The position numbers and the translations under genes were made by a program. The notes under the pieces are model-generated. The model did no database searches. It saw only the letters and a list, made by a program, of their open reading frames with translations, and had not been told where the DNA came from. 64,000 nt of DNA from an uncultured bacterium (GTDB lineage: Bacteria > Patescibacteriota > Minisyncoccia > UBA6257 > GWB1-50-10): positions 506,252 through 570,251 of the forward strand of contig OY970216.1 in NCBI GenBank assembly GCA_963713955.1. Direction: 5' to 3'. Below, piece after piece: positions 48,138-56,797 of this stretch (position 1 is its first letter; every line of letters begins with the position of its first letter).

Positions 48138-48385
48138 TTGGAGAAGCAAAAAATTTGAAAACCGGGAGATACAAACACTACAAAGGCGACATCGTTGAGG
48201 TCACCGGAATCTCACTTCACAGTGAAACATTGGAAGAATTCGTGACTTACAAACACATCACCGGCAAACGAGCAGGCGAACCGCACTTCTGGGTCCGCCC
48301 GCTCAAAATGTTCCTGGAAAGCGTAAAAATCAACGGAGAAACAATTCCGCGCTTCAAATACCTCGGCAAACTCATCAGCAAATAG
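48134..48385 (+). CDS. DUF1653-like protein
   Basis: GRYKHYKG, HSETLE, WVRPLKMF, PRF. Confidence 0.88.
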   Translation: MIGEAKNLKTGRYKHYKGDIVEVTGISLHSETLEEFVTYKHITGKRAGEPHFWVRPLKMFLESVKINGETIPRFKYLGKLISK

Positions 48386-48391
48386 CGCTGA

Positions 48392-48423
48392 GGAGGGTGG
48401 TCTAACGCATTAGACCACCCTCC
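48392..48423. repeat. Palindrome, family C
   Basis: GGAGGGTGGTCTAA-CGCA-TTAGACCACCCTCC. Confidence 0.8.
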
Positions 48424-48428
48424 CATAA

Positions 48429-48531
48429 ATCCCGTTAGAAGCTCACAGGGGGTATTCAACTCCGTGTTCACTATGGAGACTAAGCATTCATCCCCGCGGC
48501 TTGCCGCGGGGTTTTCTGCTTCTAACGGGAT
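48429..48531. mobile_element. MITE-like element with 14-bp TIRs and an internal GC hairpin
   Basis: ATCCCGTTAGAAGC/GCTTCTAACGGGAT; internal CCCCGCGGC-TT-GCCGCGGGG. Confidence 0.55.
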
Positions 48532-48535
48532 AAAA

Positions 48536-48910
48536 CTACCCATTTAAGAAATCCCACCGATGACTTCCATAACCGGGAAGTCTTCTTTTTTGGGGCGCTC
48601 TATCGGGATAATGTTGAGGATAATGCTGGACAGGAACGTTGCTTTTCTTCAGGCCGCGCTTGACGAAAACAACAGTCATTTTAGAGACGTCGGCTTTTTT
48701 GCTTGTTTCTCTCAAACTTTCCCCTTTCCTCAGGAAGTAAATGGTGGCCAATCTTTTTTCAAGAAGATTAATCTCGTTTTCCGTTAAAAATCTCCGAAGC
48801 AAATCAGCCGGTTCATCATACTCATTGATTTTCTTAACTTCACGCCGAAAAACATCCCAAATGTCTTCTTTCAGTTTTTGATCCAGATGTTTTTTACTGC
48901 TTCTCGGCAT
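48536..48910 (-). CDS. TrpR/YerC-like HTH protein
   Basis: FLTENEINLLEKRL...L.KGES.RE.S...VSKMTV..VKRGL. Confidence 0.75.
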   Translation of the reverse strand: MPRSSKKHLDQKLKEDIWDVFRREVKKINEYDEPADLLRRFLTENEINLLEKRLATIYFLRKGESLRETSKKADVSKMTVVFVKRGLKKSNVPVQHYPQHYPDRAPQKRRLPGYGSHRWDFLNG

Positions 48911-48916
48911 ATACAA

Positions 48917-48941
48917 GGGTGGTCTAACACATTGTACCACC
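48917..48941. promoter_or_regulatory. Imperfect family C palindrome 6 bp upstream of the TrpR-like start
   Basis: GGGTGGTCTAA-CACA-TTGTACCACC. Confidence 0.6.
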
Positions 48942-48984
48942 TTTGATAACCTCCCGAAAGCGACATATAATTTATGATACTTGA

Positions 48985-49953
48985 ATGAAAAAATCACTGG
49001 TAATCGCTCTGCCATTAATCTTTATTTTGGGGATAAGTTATTACTTCTTTCTTGCCGCACCGCAAGCGAACGAGGCGCCTGAAAGATTCGTCGTTTCGCT
49101 GGGAGAGAGTAAATCCCAAGCGGTACGGGATTTGTCCAATCAAGGATTCGTGAAAAGTGAGATGGGGATCGGCCTGGCATTGCTTCTCGAGGGAAACTCG
49201 GCCATAAATCCCGGCGGATACAAGATTTCGAAGAGTACGAACGCTTTCCAAGTAGCCTCGGTCTTGAGCCAGCCGCCGTACATGGAATGGGTGGCAGTCC
49301 CGGAAGGATTAAGAAAGGAAGAGATCGCTGATCTTTTGGAGAATTCGCTCGGCTGGAATGATGACACCAAAAACCAGTTCCTGAATGCCTACCAAACGCT
49401 CGGCGGAAAGGACTACCAAGAGGGAGTCTACTTCCCGAGCACTTATCTTTTACCGATTGATGAAAACGGAGAGCAAATCGCCGAGCGTTTCATAACTCAG
49501 TTCAACGAAAGCTTCGCGCCGTTCGCCTCGGAAGCGGCTGCTCAAAACGTAAAATGGACCACGGCCCTCAAGATTGCTTCCATAATACAAAGGGAAGCGG
49601 CTGGAACAAGCGATATGGCGCTCATATCCGGAATAATCTGGAACCGCTTACTCAAGAATATGCCGCTCGACATAGACGCGACAGTCGAATACGCGAGAGG
49701 GAACGCCGGGAACGGCTACTGGGCGCCGCTTTCTGTTTCAGATCTCAAAATCGACTCGCCGTATAACACGTACCTCCACGCCGGACTTCCGCCGACGCCG
49801 ATCGCAAATCCGGGGATCGCCGCCATAAGCGCGGCACTCCATCCCGCGACGACCCCCTGCCTCTACTACCTCCACGATCCAAGCAAGATCATTCACTGCG
49901 CCAACACGTACGCGGAGCAGGAATTGAACGTCCAAAAATACCTGAAGCAATGA
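48985..49953 (+). CDS. mltG: Endolytic transglycosylase MltG
   Basis: VPEG, EGVYFPSTY, ASIIQREA, IDAT, SPYNTY..GLPPTPIANPG. Confidence 0.94.
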   Translation: MKKSLVIALPLIFILGISYYFFLAAPQANEAPERFVVSLGESKSQAVRDLSNQGFVKSEMGIGLALLLEGNSAINPGGYKISKSTNAFQVASVLSQPPYMEWVAVPEGLRKEEIADLLENSLGWNDDTKNQFLNAYQTLGGKDYQEGVYFPSTYLLPIDENGEQIAERFITQFNESFAPFASEAAAQNVKWTTALKIASIIQREAAGTSDMALISGIIWNRLLKNMPLDIDATVEYARGNAGNGYWAPLSVSDLKIDSPYNTYLHAGLPPTPIANPGIAAISAALHPATTPCLYYLHDPSKIIHCANTYAEQELNVQKYLKQ

Positions 49954-50903
49954 ACCGCGATCGAGAAATAATAAAACACATCTTTGGAAAAGGTACCCAC
50001 GTCACAAGCATAAAGACGATCCGACATCACGGTTCGAGCAGGATAGCTGTCGCGCGAATAACCCACCCGACCGCGACGCTCGTTCTCAAATCCTACGCAG
50101 AAAGCAAGATCACTCATCGTGAATTCGGGAATCTCCTGAACGCGAATTCGATCCCCGGCGTAAAAACGCCAAAGTGTTTCGGATATCACCAAGATACCAT
50201 CGTAGAAGAGTACCTAAGAGGAAAGATTTTCCAGAACATCATCAACGCGAATCCTCGTAAACACTTGGATGATTTGTTTGTTCGATCCATTGAGAATCTT
50301 GCGGAAATACACTCTTCGTTCTCGAAGATCAAAGACAAGAAAGCCGTGAGGAACATATTCGACAGAAAACGCGCCGAAGAGCGCATCGAGGAATCCTTGC
50401 GAATGATCCGGGAGGAAGGATTCGAATCCTACGAAAAACTGGTCGGTATTATCAACCCCTCGTGGCAAAAAGCGCTCGCCGCCGTGGATGTGGAAAAGTT
50501 AGTCAAGAATCTCGGTGTGACGTCGAGGAATTTTGTCTTGGGTCACGGCGACTATAAGCCGAACAACCTGATTTTCACAAAAGATGGGTTGATCTACACG
50601 CTGGATTGGCTCAATATGTCAAAATCGCAACCCTGGTACGATCTGGCATATCTCCTTGTAAGCGTCCCGTGGAAGCGGAAGGAAATCTTCGTCGATGCCT
50701 ACCTGAAAAACATGAAGAAAAGGGGATTCCTGAAAAACGTAAGAGGCAAGGAGGCATACATTCTCTTCAAGAGCGGAGCCATTTTTCAAGAAATCATACG
50801 AGCAAGATCCAATTCCCACCGAATGGAATCAGTGAAAAACCGGCACAACATAAGCCAATTCAAAGCCGCCATGGACGGTCTTTGTGAAATTTTACTGGAT
50901 TAA
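49950..50903 (+). CDS. APH/choline-kinase-like phosphotransferase
   Basis: HGDYKPNN, LDW, YDLAY. Confidence 0.8.
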   Translation: MNRDREIIKHIFGKGTHVTSIKTIRHHGSSRIAVARITHPTATLVLKSYAESKITHREFGNLLNANSIPGVKTPKCFGYHQDTIVEEYLRGKIFQNIINANPRKHLDDLFVRSIENLAEIHSSFSKIKDKKAVRNIFDRKRAEERIEESLRMIREEGFESYEKLVGIINPSWQKALAAVDVEKLVKNLGVTSRNFVLGHGDYKPNNLIFTKDGLIYTLDWLNMSKSQPWYDLAYLLVSVPWKRKEIFVDAYLKNMKKRGFLKNVRGKEAYILFKSGAIFQEIIRARSNSHRMESVKNRHNISQFKAAMDGLCEILLD

Positions 50904-51017
50904 GCATGAAAAATCGTGCTAAAATAGGCGGAAGACCGGGTAATCCGGCATATCGAACTCAAGCAACATTCCGATACCGCCAGTATTTGAAAGTTAAAAA
51001 GATCAAAGCAAAAAATC

Positions 51018-51692
51018 ATGAACGGTAAATTGTATGTCGTGGGAACCCCCATCGGCAATCTCAAGGATATAACGGAGAGAGGAATCGAGACGCTCCAAGG
51101 CGCCGATTTGATATTGGCGGAAGATACGCGCGTCACCGGGAGACTTTTAAACCATCTCGGCCTCAAAAAACCGGTGTGGCGGTACGACGAGTACGCGGAC
51201 AACCGCCTCTACGAAAGAATCCTGGAATTTCTGGGATCGGGAAAGAATATAGCCGTCGTGACCGATGCCGGCACGCCGAGCATCGCCGATCCCGGCTCGA
51301 AACTCGTCGCATTCGTAAGAGAGAGGCTCCCGGACATAAAAATAGTGCCGATCCCGGGACCCTCGGCCATCATAGCGGCCCTCTCCGTTTCCGGCTTGAA
51401 TGCCGACCGATTCACGTTCGCAGGATATCCCCCGCACAAAAAAGGCAGACAAACATTTTTCAAGGAAATCAAAGAGATGAAGACAAGACCTGTCGTGATA
51501 TATGAGTCGCCGCACCGGTTGCAAAAAACGCTGGGCGATCTCAAAAAAATATGCGAGTGCGGCGATTCAATAACCATAGCCAAGGAGCTCACGAAAATCC
51601 ACGAAGAAATTTGGAACGGCACTGCTGAAGAGGCACAAAGACATTTTGAAAAAAAGAGAGGTAAGGGAGAGTTCGTGATCATCATACCGTAA
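51018..51692 (+). CDS. rsmI: 16S rRNA Cm1402 methyltransferase
   Basis: VGTPIGNLKDIT, AEDTR, DAGTP.IADPG, YESPHR, KELTKIHEE. Confidence 0.96.
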   Translation: MNGKLYVVGTPIGNLKDITERGIETLQGADLILAEDTRVTGRLLNHLGLKKPVWRYDEYADNRLYERILEFLGSGKNIAVVTDAGTPSIADPGSKLVAFVRERLPDIKIVPIPGPSAIIAALSVSGLNADRFTFAGYPPHKKGRQTFFKEIKEMKTRPVVIYESPHRLQKTLGDLKKICECGDSITIAKELTKIHEEIWNGTAEEAQRHFEKKRGKGEFVIIIP

Positions 51693-52291
51693 TGGCTTAC
51701 CGGGGGAAAAGAATATTGGATCTCGTCGTGGCAATTCCAACGTCAATCCTGACGGCTCTCTTGACTCCCTTCGTAGGGCTCGCAATAACGCTGGAAGACG
51801 GCTTCCCGATATTCATGAGACTAGACAGAATAAGCGAAGGGAAAGTGATAAAGGTCTGGAAATTCCGATCCATGGTCAAAGGCGCTCCCGATATGAAGAA
51901 GGAGCTGGAAAAACTCAACGAAAGAAAAGACGGACCTCTCTTCAAGATAAAAAACGATCCGAGATTGACGGAAACGGGCAAGATCTTGAGAAAATTCAGA
52001 ATCGATGAGTTTCCCCAGGCGTGGAACGTCCTCTCGGGCGAGATTTCTCTCGTGGGGCCGCGGCCGCACGAACCGAAAGAAATAACGGCATACCCGCCCG
52101 AATTCAAGAAGCTCTCGACGGCAAAGGCAGGCCTCACGGGACTGTCACAGGTAAGCGGCGCCTCAAAGCTGCCGTTCCGGGAGGAGGTGTCGCTTGATCT
52201 CTATTACGTAGAAAACGAATCCTTCCCAATGGACCTCAAAATACTCTGGAAAACGATCGTGATTTTTCTCTCCGATCCGACCGGAGTCTAG
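51692..52291 (+). CDS. Bacterial sugar (polyprenyl phosphoglycosyl) transferase
   Basis: KFRSM, NDPRLT, RIDEFPQ, SLVGPRP. Confidence 0.92.
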   Translation: MAYRGKRILDLVVAIPTSILTALLTPFVGLAITLEDGFPIFMRLDRISEGKVIKVWKFRSMVKGAPDMKKELEKLNERKDGPLFKIKNDPRLTETGKILRKFRIDEFPQAWNVLSGEISLVGPRPHEPKEITAYPPEFKKLSTAKAGLTGLSQVSGASKLPFREEVSLDLYYVENESFPMDLKILWKTIVIFLSDPTGV

Positions 52292-52339
52292 TTACCAGTT
52301 ACTTGTTACTGATTGCTGTTCCGCTGTAGAATTGAACTA

Positions 52340-53437
52340 ATGAAAGTGGCGATTTTGCACGATTATTTGAACCAATTCGGGGGGGCGGAGAGGGTCGTAA
52401 AGGTATTCCTCGAAATGTTTCCCGACGCCGACCTTTATACGCTCCTCTACGACGAGAAGAAAACCAGCGGCCTTTTTTCCAAAAACATAAAGAAAACGAG
52501 TTTCCTGGACAACGCCTTCGTGAGAAAACATCACCGGATGTTTATCCCGCTTATGCCTTTGGCAAGCCGTCTTTTGACTTCCCGGGAAGAGTACGATCTC
52601 ATCATTTCCTCTTCCGCCGGCTACGGAAAGGGGATCAACGTCCGCGGGCAATATCACATCGACTACTGCCACACGCCCTTGCGGTACGCGTGGGAGATAG
52701 ATTACCTCAAAAACTTATCCATATCCCCCAAAAGACTCTCCAACGTAGTAGCGTATCCCATAGCGGAGTGGCTTCGGAATTGGGACAAGAAAGCCTCCTC
52801 CCGGGTGAATCTTTTCATAGCCAACTCGAACTTCATAGCCGAAAAGATAAGATCGTACTACGAGCGGGACGCCGTGGTCGTAAATCCGCCGGTAAATCTC
52901 AAAACCTTCTTTCCCGAAAACGTCCCGACTAAAAAGGACTACTATCTCATGGTCGGCAGGCTTCTTTACTACAAGGGATTCGACATAGGCATAACGGCCT
53001 TTAACCATCTCCGGAAATCGCTCAAAATCGTCGGCCGCGGTCCGGAACTCAAAAAGCTACAAAAAATGGTTCGATCTCCTTCCATCGAATTCGTAACCGG
53101 TGCGAGCGACAGCGATCTCCGAGCACTCTACTCGGGGGCAAGAGCTCTCATATTCCCGCAGATAGAAGACTTCGGCCTGGTCGCGGCGGAGGCCCAAGCC
53201 TGCGGCACGCCCGTCATCGCCTATGACAAAGGGGGAATCCGGGACATCGTCACAAACAAAAAAACCGGACTGTTTTTTGAAGAGCAAACTCCCGAGGCTA
53301 TCCGGGAAGCGATCAGAGATTTTGAAAACATGCATTTTTCAAGACAACTCATAGCAAAATCAGCCGAAAGATTCTCGAGGGAAAATTTCATAAAAAACTT
53401 CCTCAGCGTTCTCAACGAGTATGGAATAAAGTTTTAG
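52340..53437 (+). CDS. Glycosyltransferase family 4
   Basis: HDYLNQFGGAERV, CHTPLRYAW, EDFGLVAAEAQACG. Confidence 0.92.
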   Translation: MKVAILHDYLNQFGGAERVVKVFLEMFPDADLYTLLYDEKKTSGLFSKNIKKTSFLDNAFVRKHHRMFIPLMPLASRLLTSREEYDLIISSSAGYGKGINVRGQYHIDYCHTPLRYAWEIDYLKNLSISPKRLSNVVAYPIAEWLRNWDKKASSRVNLFIANSNFIAEKIRSYYERDAVVVNPPVNLKTFFPENVPTKKDYYLMVGRLLYYKGFDIGITAFNHLRKSLKIVGRGPELKKLQKMVRSPSIEFVTGASDSDLRALYSGARALIFPQIEDFGLVAAEAQACGTPVIAYDKGGIRDIVTNKKTGLFFEEQTPEAIREAIRDFENMHFSRQLIAKSAERFSRENFIKNFLSVLNEYGIKF

Positions 53438-53441
53438 CTTC

Positions 53442-54584
53442 ATGAGGATATTCGTGGACATCCGCCCCCTCTCCGCAAAAATCATTTCCGGCATCCCGGA
53501 ATACACCAGATTTTTGGTGAAGGGCCTCACGGAAAATTATCCGAACGAAGAATATTTGTTCTTTGCGAACAAATTCGGCAAGCAAACGGATCCCTTCCTT
53601 CCGGACAAAAGCCCGTCGGGGAGAATCGTAGATTACGGGATACCCAACAAGATATGGGACGCAACCAATCGTTTCTTGAATCTGCCGAAGATAGACAAGC
53701 TTGTCAAGGCCGATGTGTACCTCAGTTCCCACATAGACATCTTATCGTTCAAGAACCCCCAAAAGCACGTCATGACCATCCACGATCTCTCCTTCGTTTT
53801 CTACAAAGAACTCTTCACCTGGGAAAAAAACTTCTGGCACTGGCGGCAGAACTACGAAAAGCAAATCAGGGAAGCGGGCCGGATCGTGGCCGTGTCGGAA
53901 TTCACGCGACAAACTATCATGGACCACTTCCGCGTCGACGGAAGAAAGGTTATCCGCATCTACCCGGGCGTGAATCCATTCTACCAAAGGCTCGCACGGA
54001 ACGACGAAAATCTCGCGAAGTTTCGGAAAGACAAAAACCTCGATCGTCCTTTCATTCTCCACGTGGGAACGCTCGAACCGCGCAAGAACGCCATCGGGGT
54101 TATCAGAGCCTTCAACCTCATCAAGGAGAAAAAGCAATTCAGCGAATTGAAATTGGTGCTCGTAGGCGCCCGAGGGTGGCTCTTCGAGAAGGTGCTCTCC
54201 GAAGCCGAACGCTCGCCCGTAAGAGAAGACATTTTGTTTTGGGGGAGAGCCACGGAACAAGAACTCCTCTCTCTTTACAACCTCGCATCCGCGTTCGTTT
54301 ACCCGTCTTTCTTCGAGGGTTTCGCTTTTCCCTGCCTCGAAGCCCAAACTTGCGGCACGCCCGTCGTCGCTTCCGACCGGGGACCCCTGCCCGAAGTTCT
54401 CGGGAAAAGCGCCATCACCGTAAACCCGTGGAAAGTCCACGAGATTAAGATGGCAATGGAAACCGTTTTATCGCACAATAAGAAAAGGGAAGAGCTCTCG
54501 GAAGCCGGTCTCAAAAACGCGAAAAGATTCAGCTGGACCGAGACGGTCCGAAAAATCATGGAAACCCTTAAAGAAACGCTCTGA
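53442..54584 (+). CDS. Glycosyltransferase family 4
   Basis: TIHDL, GTLEPRKN, YPSFFEGFAFPCLEA. Confidence 0.92.
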   Translation: MRIFVDIRPLSAKIISGIPEYTRFLVKGLTENYPNEEYLFFANKFGKQTDPFLPDKSPSGRIVDYGIPNKIWDATNRFLNLPKIDKLVKADVYLSSHIDILSFKNPQKHVMTIHDLSFVFYKELFTWEKNFWHWRQNYEKQIREAGRIVAVSEFTRQTIMDHFRVDGRKVIRIYPGVNPFYQRLARNDENLAKFRKDKNLDRPFILHVGTLEPRKNAIGVIRAFNLIKEKKQFSELKLVLVGARGWLFEKVLSEAERSPVREDILFWGRATEQELLSLYNLASAFVYPSFFEGFAFPCLEAQTCGTPVVASDRGPLPEVLGKSAITVNPWKVHEIKMAMETVLSHNKKREELSEAGLKNAKRFSWTETVRKIMETLKETL

Positions 54585-54587
54585 TTT

Positions 54588-56696
54588 ATGTCCAAAAAAA
54601 CGGTTCCCAAAAACAACATAGACCCGATCATCGTTGACATCAAAAAACCCAATTTCAACTACGAGCATCTCCGCAAATTCGAGACGGTAAACCTGACCAA
54701 GATTCCCCAAAAAAACGGGAGCCCGATCGCGATCGTAAGGAAGGTGCTCTTGTGGACGTTCCTCGTCGGCATGGCGGGAATCTTGTCTCTCGCGGCGGTA
54801 ACCTTTGCAAACATACGACAGATGAAATCGACTATCTCCCAGAGCGGATCTGAGATAGCCCAGAATTTCAATTCTTCCGTCGGCGCCCTCAAGAATTTAG
54901 AGCCGGCAGCGGCCGCGTCGTACCTGGAACAAAACTCGAAATCGCTCGCTAACATCAACGACCTGGTCCAAAAAAGTTTCGGGCAAACGCTCCTCGACAC
55001 CGTGAGCAACGTCGTGCCGATATTCAAACAATCATTCGGGTTGATAGGCCAGGTGTCGGATCTGAATCTCAAATTCCTGGAACTCACGAATACGCTGAGT
55101 GACCTGCAGAAAAACGGCTTCGCATACTTCACGAGCAACGGACCGGCGCTCATCACTTCACTTCAAAAAATCCATACTACCGTCCAAGACCTCAACGCCG
55201 ACGCCGAAAGCATAAAAAACGCGACGTCGTATCTCAAAAACATGTCTAGCTTTTTCAGCAATCTGGACCAGGGCGTGGGTAATCAGTATCTCAAATACAG
55301 TTCCGAACTCTACGGCTGGGATAACGTGCTCGTGAGTCTCACGGATTTCTTGAATTCGCCGACGCCGCGACACCTCATCGTAACGTTCCAGAATCCCTCC
55401 GAAATAAGGCCCGGCGGCGGGTTCATCGGGAGCTACGCGGACATTTCCATTCAAAACGGGCAGATGCAAAACATGGACGTCCGGGACATCTACGATCCGG
55501 ACGGGCAGCTCACTCTCAAAATAGTGCCGCCGGAAGAGCTGCAGGCCACGACGCCGAACTGGGGTGCCAGGGACTCAAACTGGTTCTTTGATTTTCCGAC
55601 GTCGGCCAAGACAACCCTTAACTTCTTGAACGCCTCGAAGATGTACTCGGAGAAGGGCATAACGTTCGACGCTCTCATAGCCATAAACGTGAACGTGGTG
55701 AACTCTCTTCTTGATGCGACGGGGCCGATAAATGTACCGGGATACGGGATCGTAAATTCCTCCAATCTCCTGGAAGAAGTCCAAAAAGAAACCGAAACCG
55801 GCGCAGATAAGGCAGCCGGCCAACCCAAAAAGATATTGCAGGTATTGGCCCCCCTTCTCGAGGAAAAGCTCAAGAACCTCACCCCGGAAGGAAGCAACAC
55901 TCTCATAAACGCAATGGAGAGCCGTCTGAACGACAAGGATATCATGATGTATGCAACCGATCCGGTCATAGAAAGTTTTCTTGACTCCAACGACCTCGAT
56001 GGATCGGTGTACCAGTTGCCCGAAGGTTTCTGGGGGAATTACCTCGCTGTCGTGAACGCCAACGTCGCCGGAGGGAAAAGCGACGCCTTCATCGACGAAT
56101 CGGTGAACGCCAAAATAGACATGGACACGAACGGCAATACGTTTTCGGACGTGACCGTTACGAGAACCCATAACGGTAACACGCAACAGGATCCCTGGTG
56201 GAAGGCTAAGAACAATGATTTCCTTCAAGTATTCACGGAACCGAATTCCAGCCTCGTCGACGTCGCGGGAAACGACGTAAGACCGAAGTACAATACGCTC
56301 GACTATGCAAATTCCAATTACGCCATCAACCCCGATCTCGCCGCAATCGAGGACGGGGAGGTATTCCTTTCCAACTTCAACGCTTGGCAGAGGGAAGAAT
56401 TCGGTAAAAACGTTTTCGGAACATGGCTCGTCACCAATGCCGGGGAAAGCAAGACGCTTACGATAAGATACCAATCCCATTACAACAGCGTGAAAGCGCT
56501 GCTTCCGGGACAAACTTACACCTTCGTTTTCGAAAGGCAGTCCGGCGTTCAAAACTCGCTTGATTTGACCATAAACGCACCCTTCAAATATTATTGGGTG
56601 GAATCCAACTCGCCGGTATTCACGTATCACACCGACGATCCGGACAAAAGAATAACCATAACCCTGACGCTGGGGTATGAGAATACAAACCAATAA
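54588..56696 (+). CDS. DUF4012-like membrane-anchored protein
   Basis: FQNPSEIRPGGGFIGSY, RDSNWFFDFPTSA, NVAGGKSD. Confidence 0.8.
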   Translation: MSKKTVPKNNIDPIIVDIKKPNFNYEHLRKFETVNLTKIPQKNGSPIAIVRKVLLWTFLVGMAGILSLAAVTFANIRQMKSTISQSGSEIAQNFNSSVGALKNLEPAAAASYLEQNSKSLANINDLVQKSFGQTLLDTVSNVVPIFKQSFGLIGQVSDLNLKFLELTNTLSDLQKNGFAYFTSNGPALITSLQKIHTTVQDLNADAESIKNATSYLKNMSSFFSNLDQGVGNQYLKYSSELYGWDNVLVSLTDFLNSPTPRHLIVTFQNPSEIRPGGGFIGSYADISIQNGQMQNMDVRDIYDPDGQLTLKIVPPEELQATTPNWGARDSNWFFDFPTSAKTTLNFLNASKMYSEKGITFDALIAINVNVVNSLLDATGPINVPGYGIVNSSNLLEEVQKETETGADKAAGQPKKILQVLAPLLEEKLKNLTPEGSNTLINAMESRLNDKDIMMYATDPVIESFLDSNDLDGSVYQLPEGFWGNYLAVVNANVAGGKSDAFIDESVNAKIDMDTNGNTFSDVTVTRTHNGNTQQDPWWKAKNNDFLQVFTEPNSSLVDVAGNDVRPKYNTLDYANSNYAINPDLAAIEDGEVFLSNFNAWQREEFGKNVFGTWLVTNAGESKTLTIRYQSHYNSVKALLPGQTYTFVFERQSGVQNSLDLTINAPFKYYWVESNSPVFTYHTDDPDKRITITLTLGYENTNQ

Positions 56697-56785
56697 TGAA
56701 CCAAAAAGACATAAGAAATTTTTGCATTATCGCCCAAATCGACGTCGCGACTCGCTATACAGCAAGTCGCTCCCACGAATTATAA
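56696..56785 (+). pseudogene. Duplicated lepA N-terminus (29-codon ORF)
   Basis: MNQKDIRNFCIIAQID versus LepA MDIKNIRNFCIIAHID. Confidence 0.75.
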
Positions 56786-56797
56786 CTTTAATCAAAT

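Noticed and set aside
55575-56693. 372-aa antisense ORF and other long shadow ORFs
   Set aside because: Antisense to well-supported genes; a codon-bias artefact.
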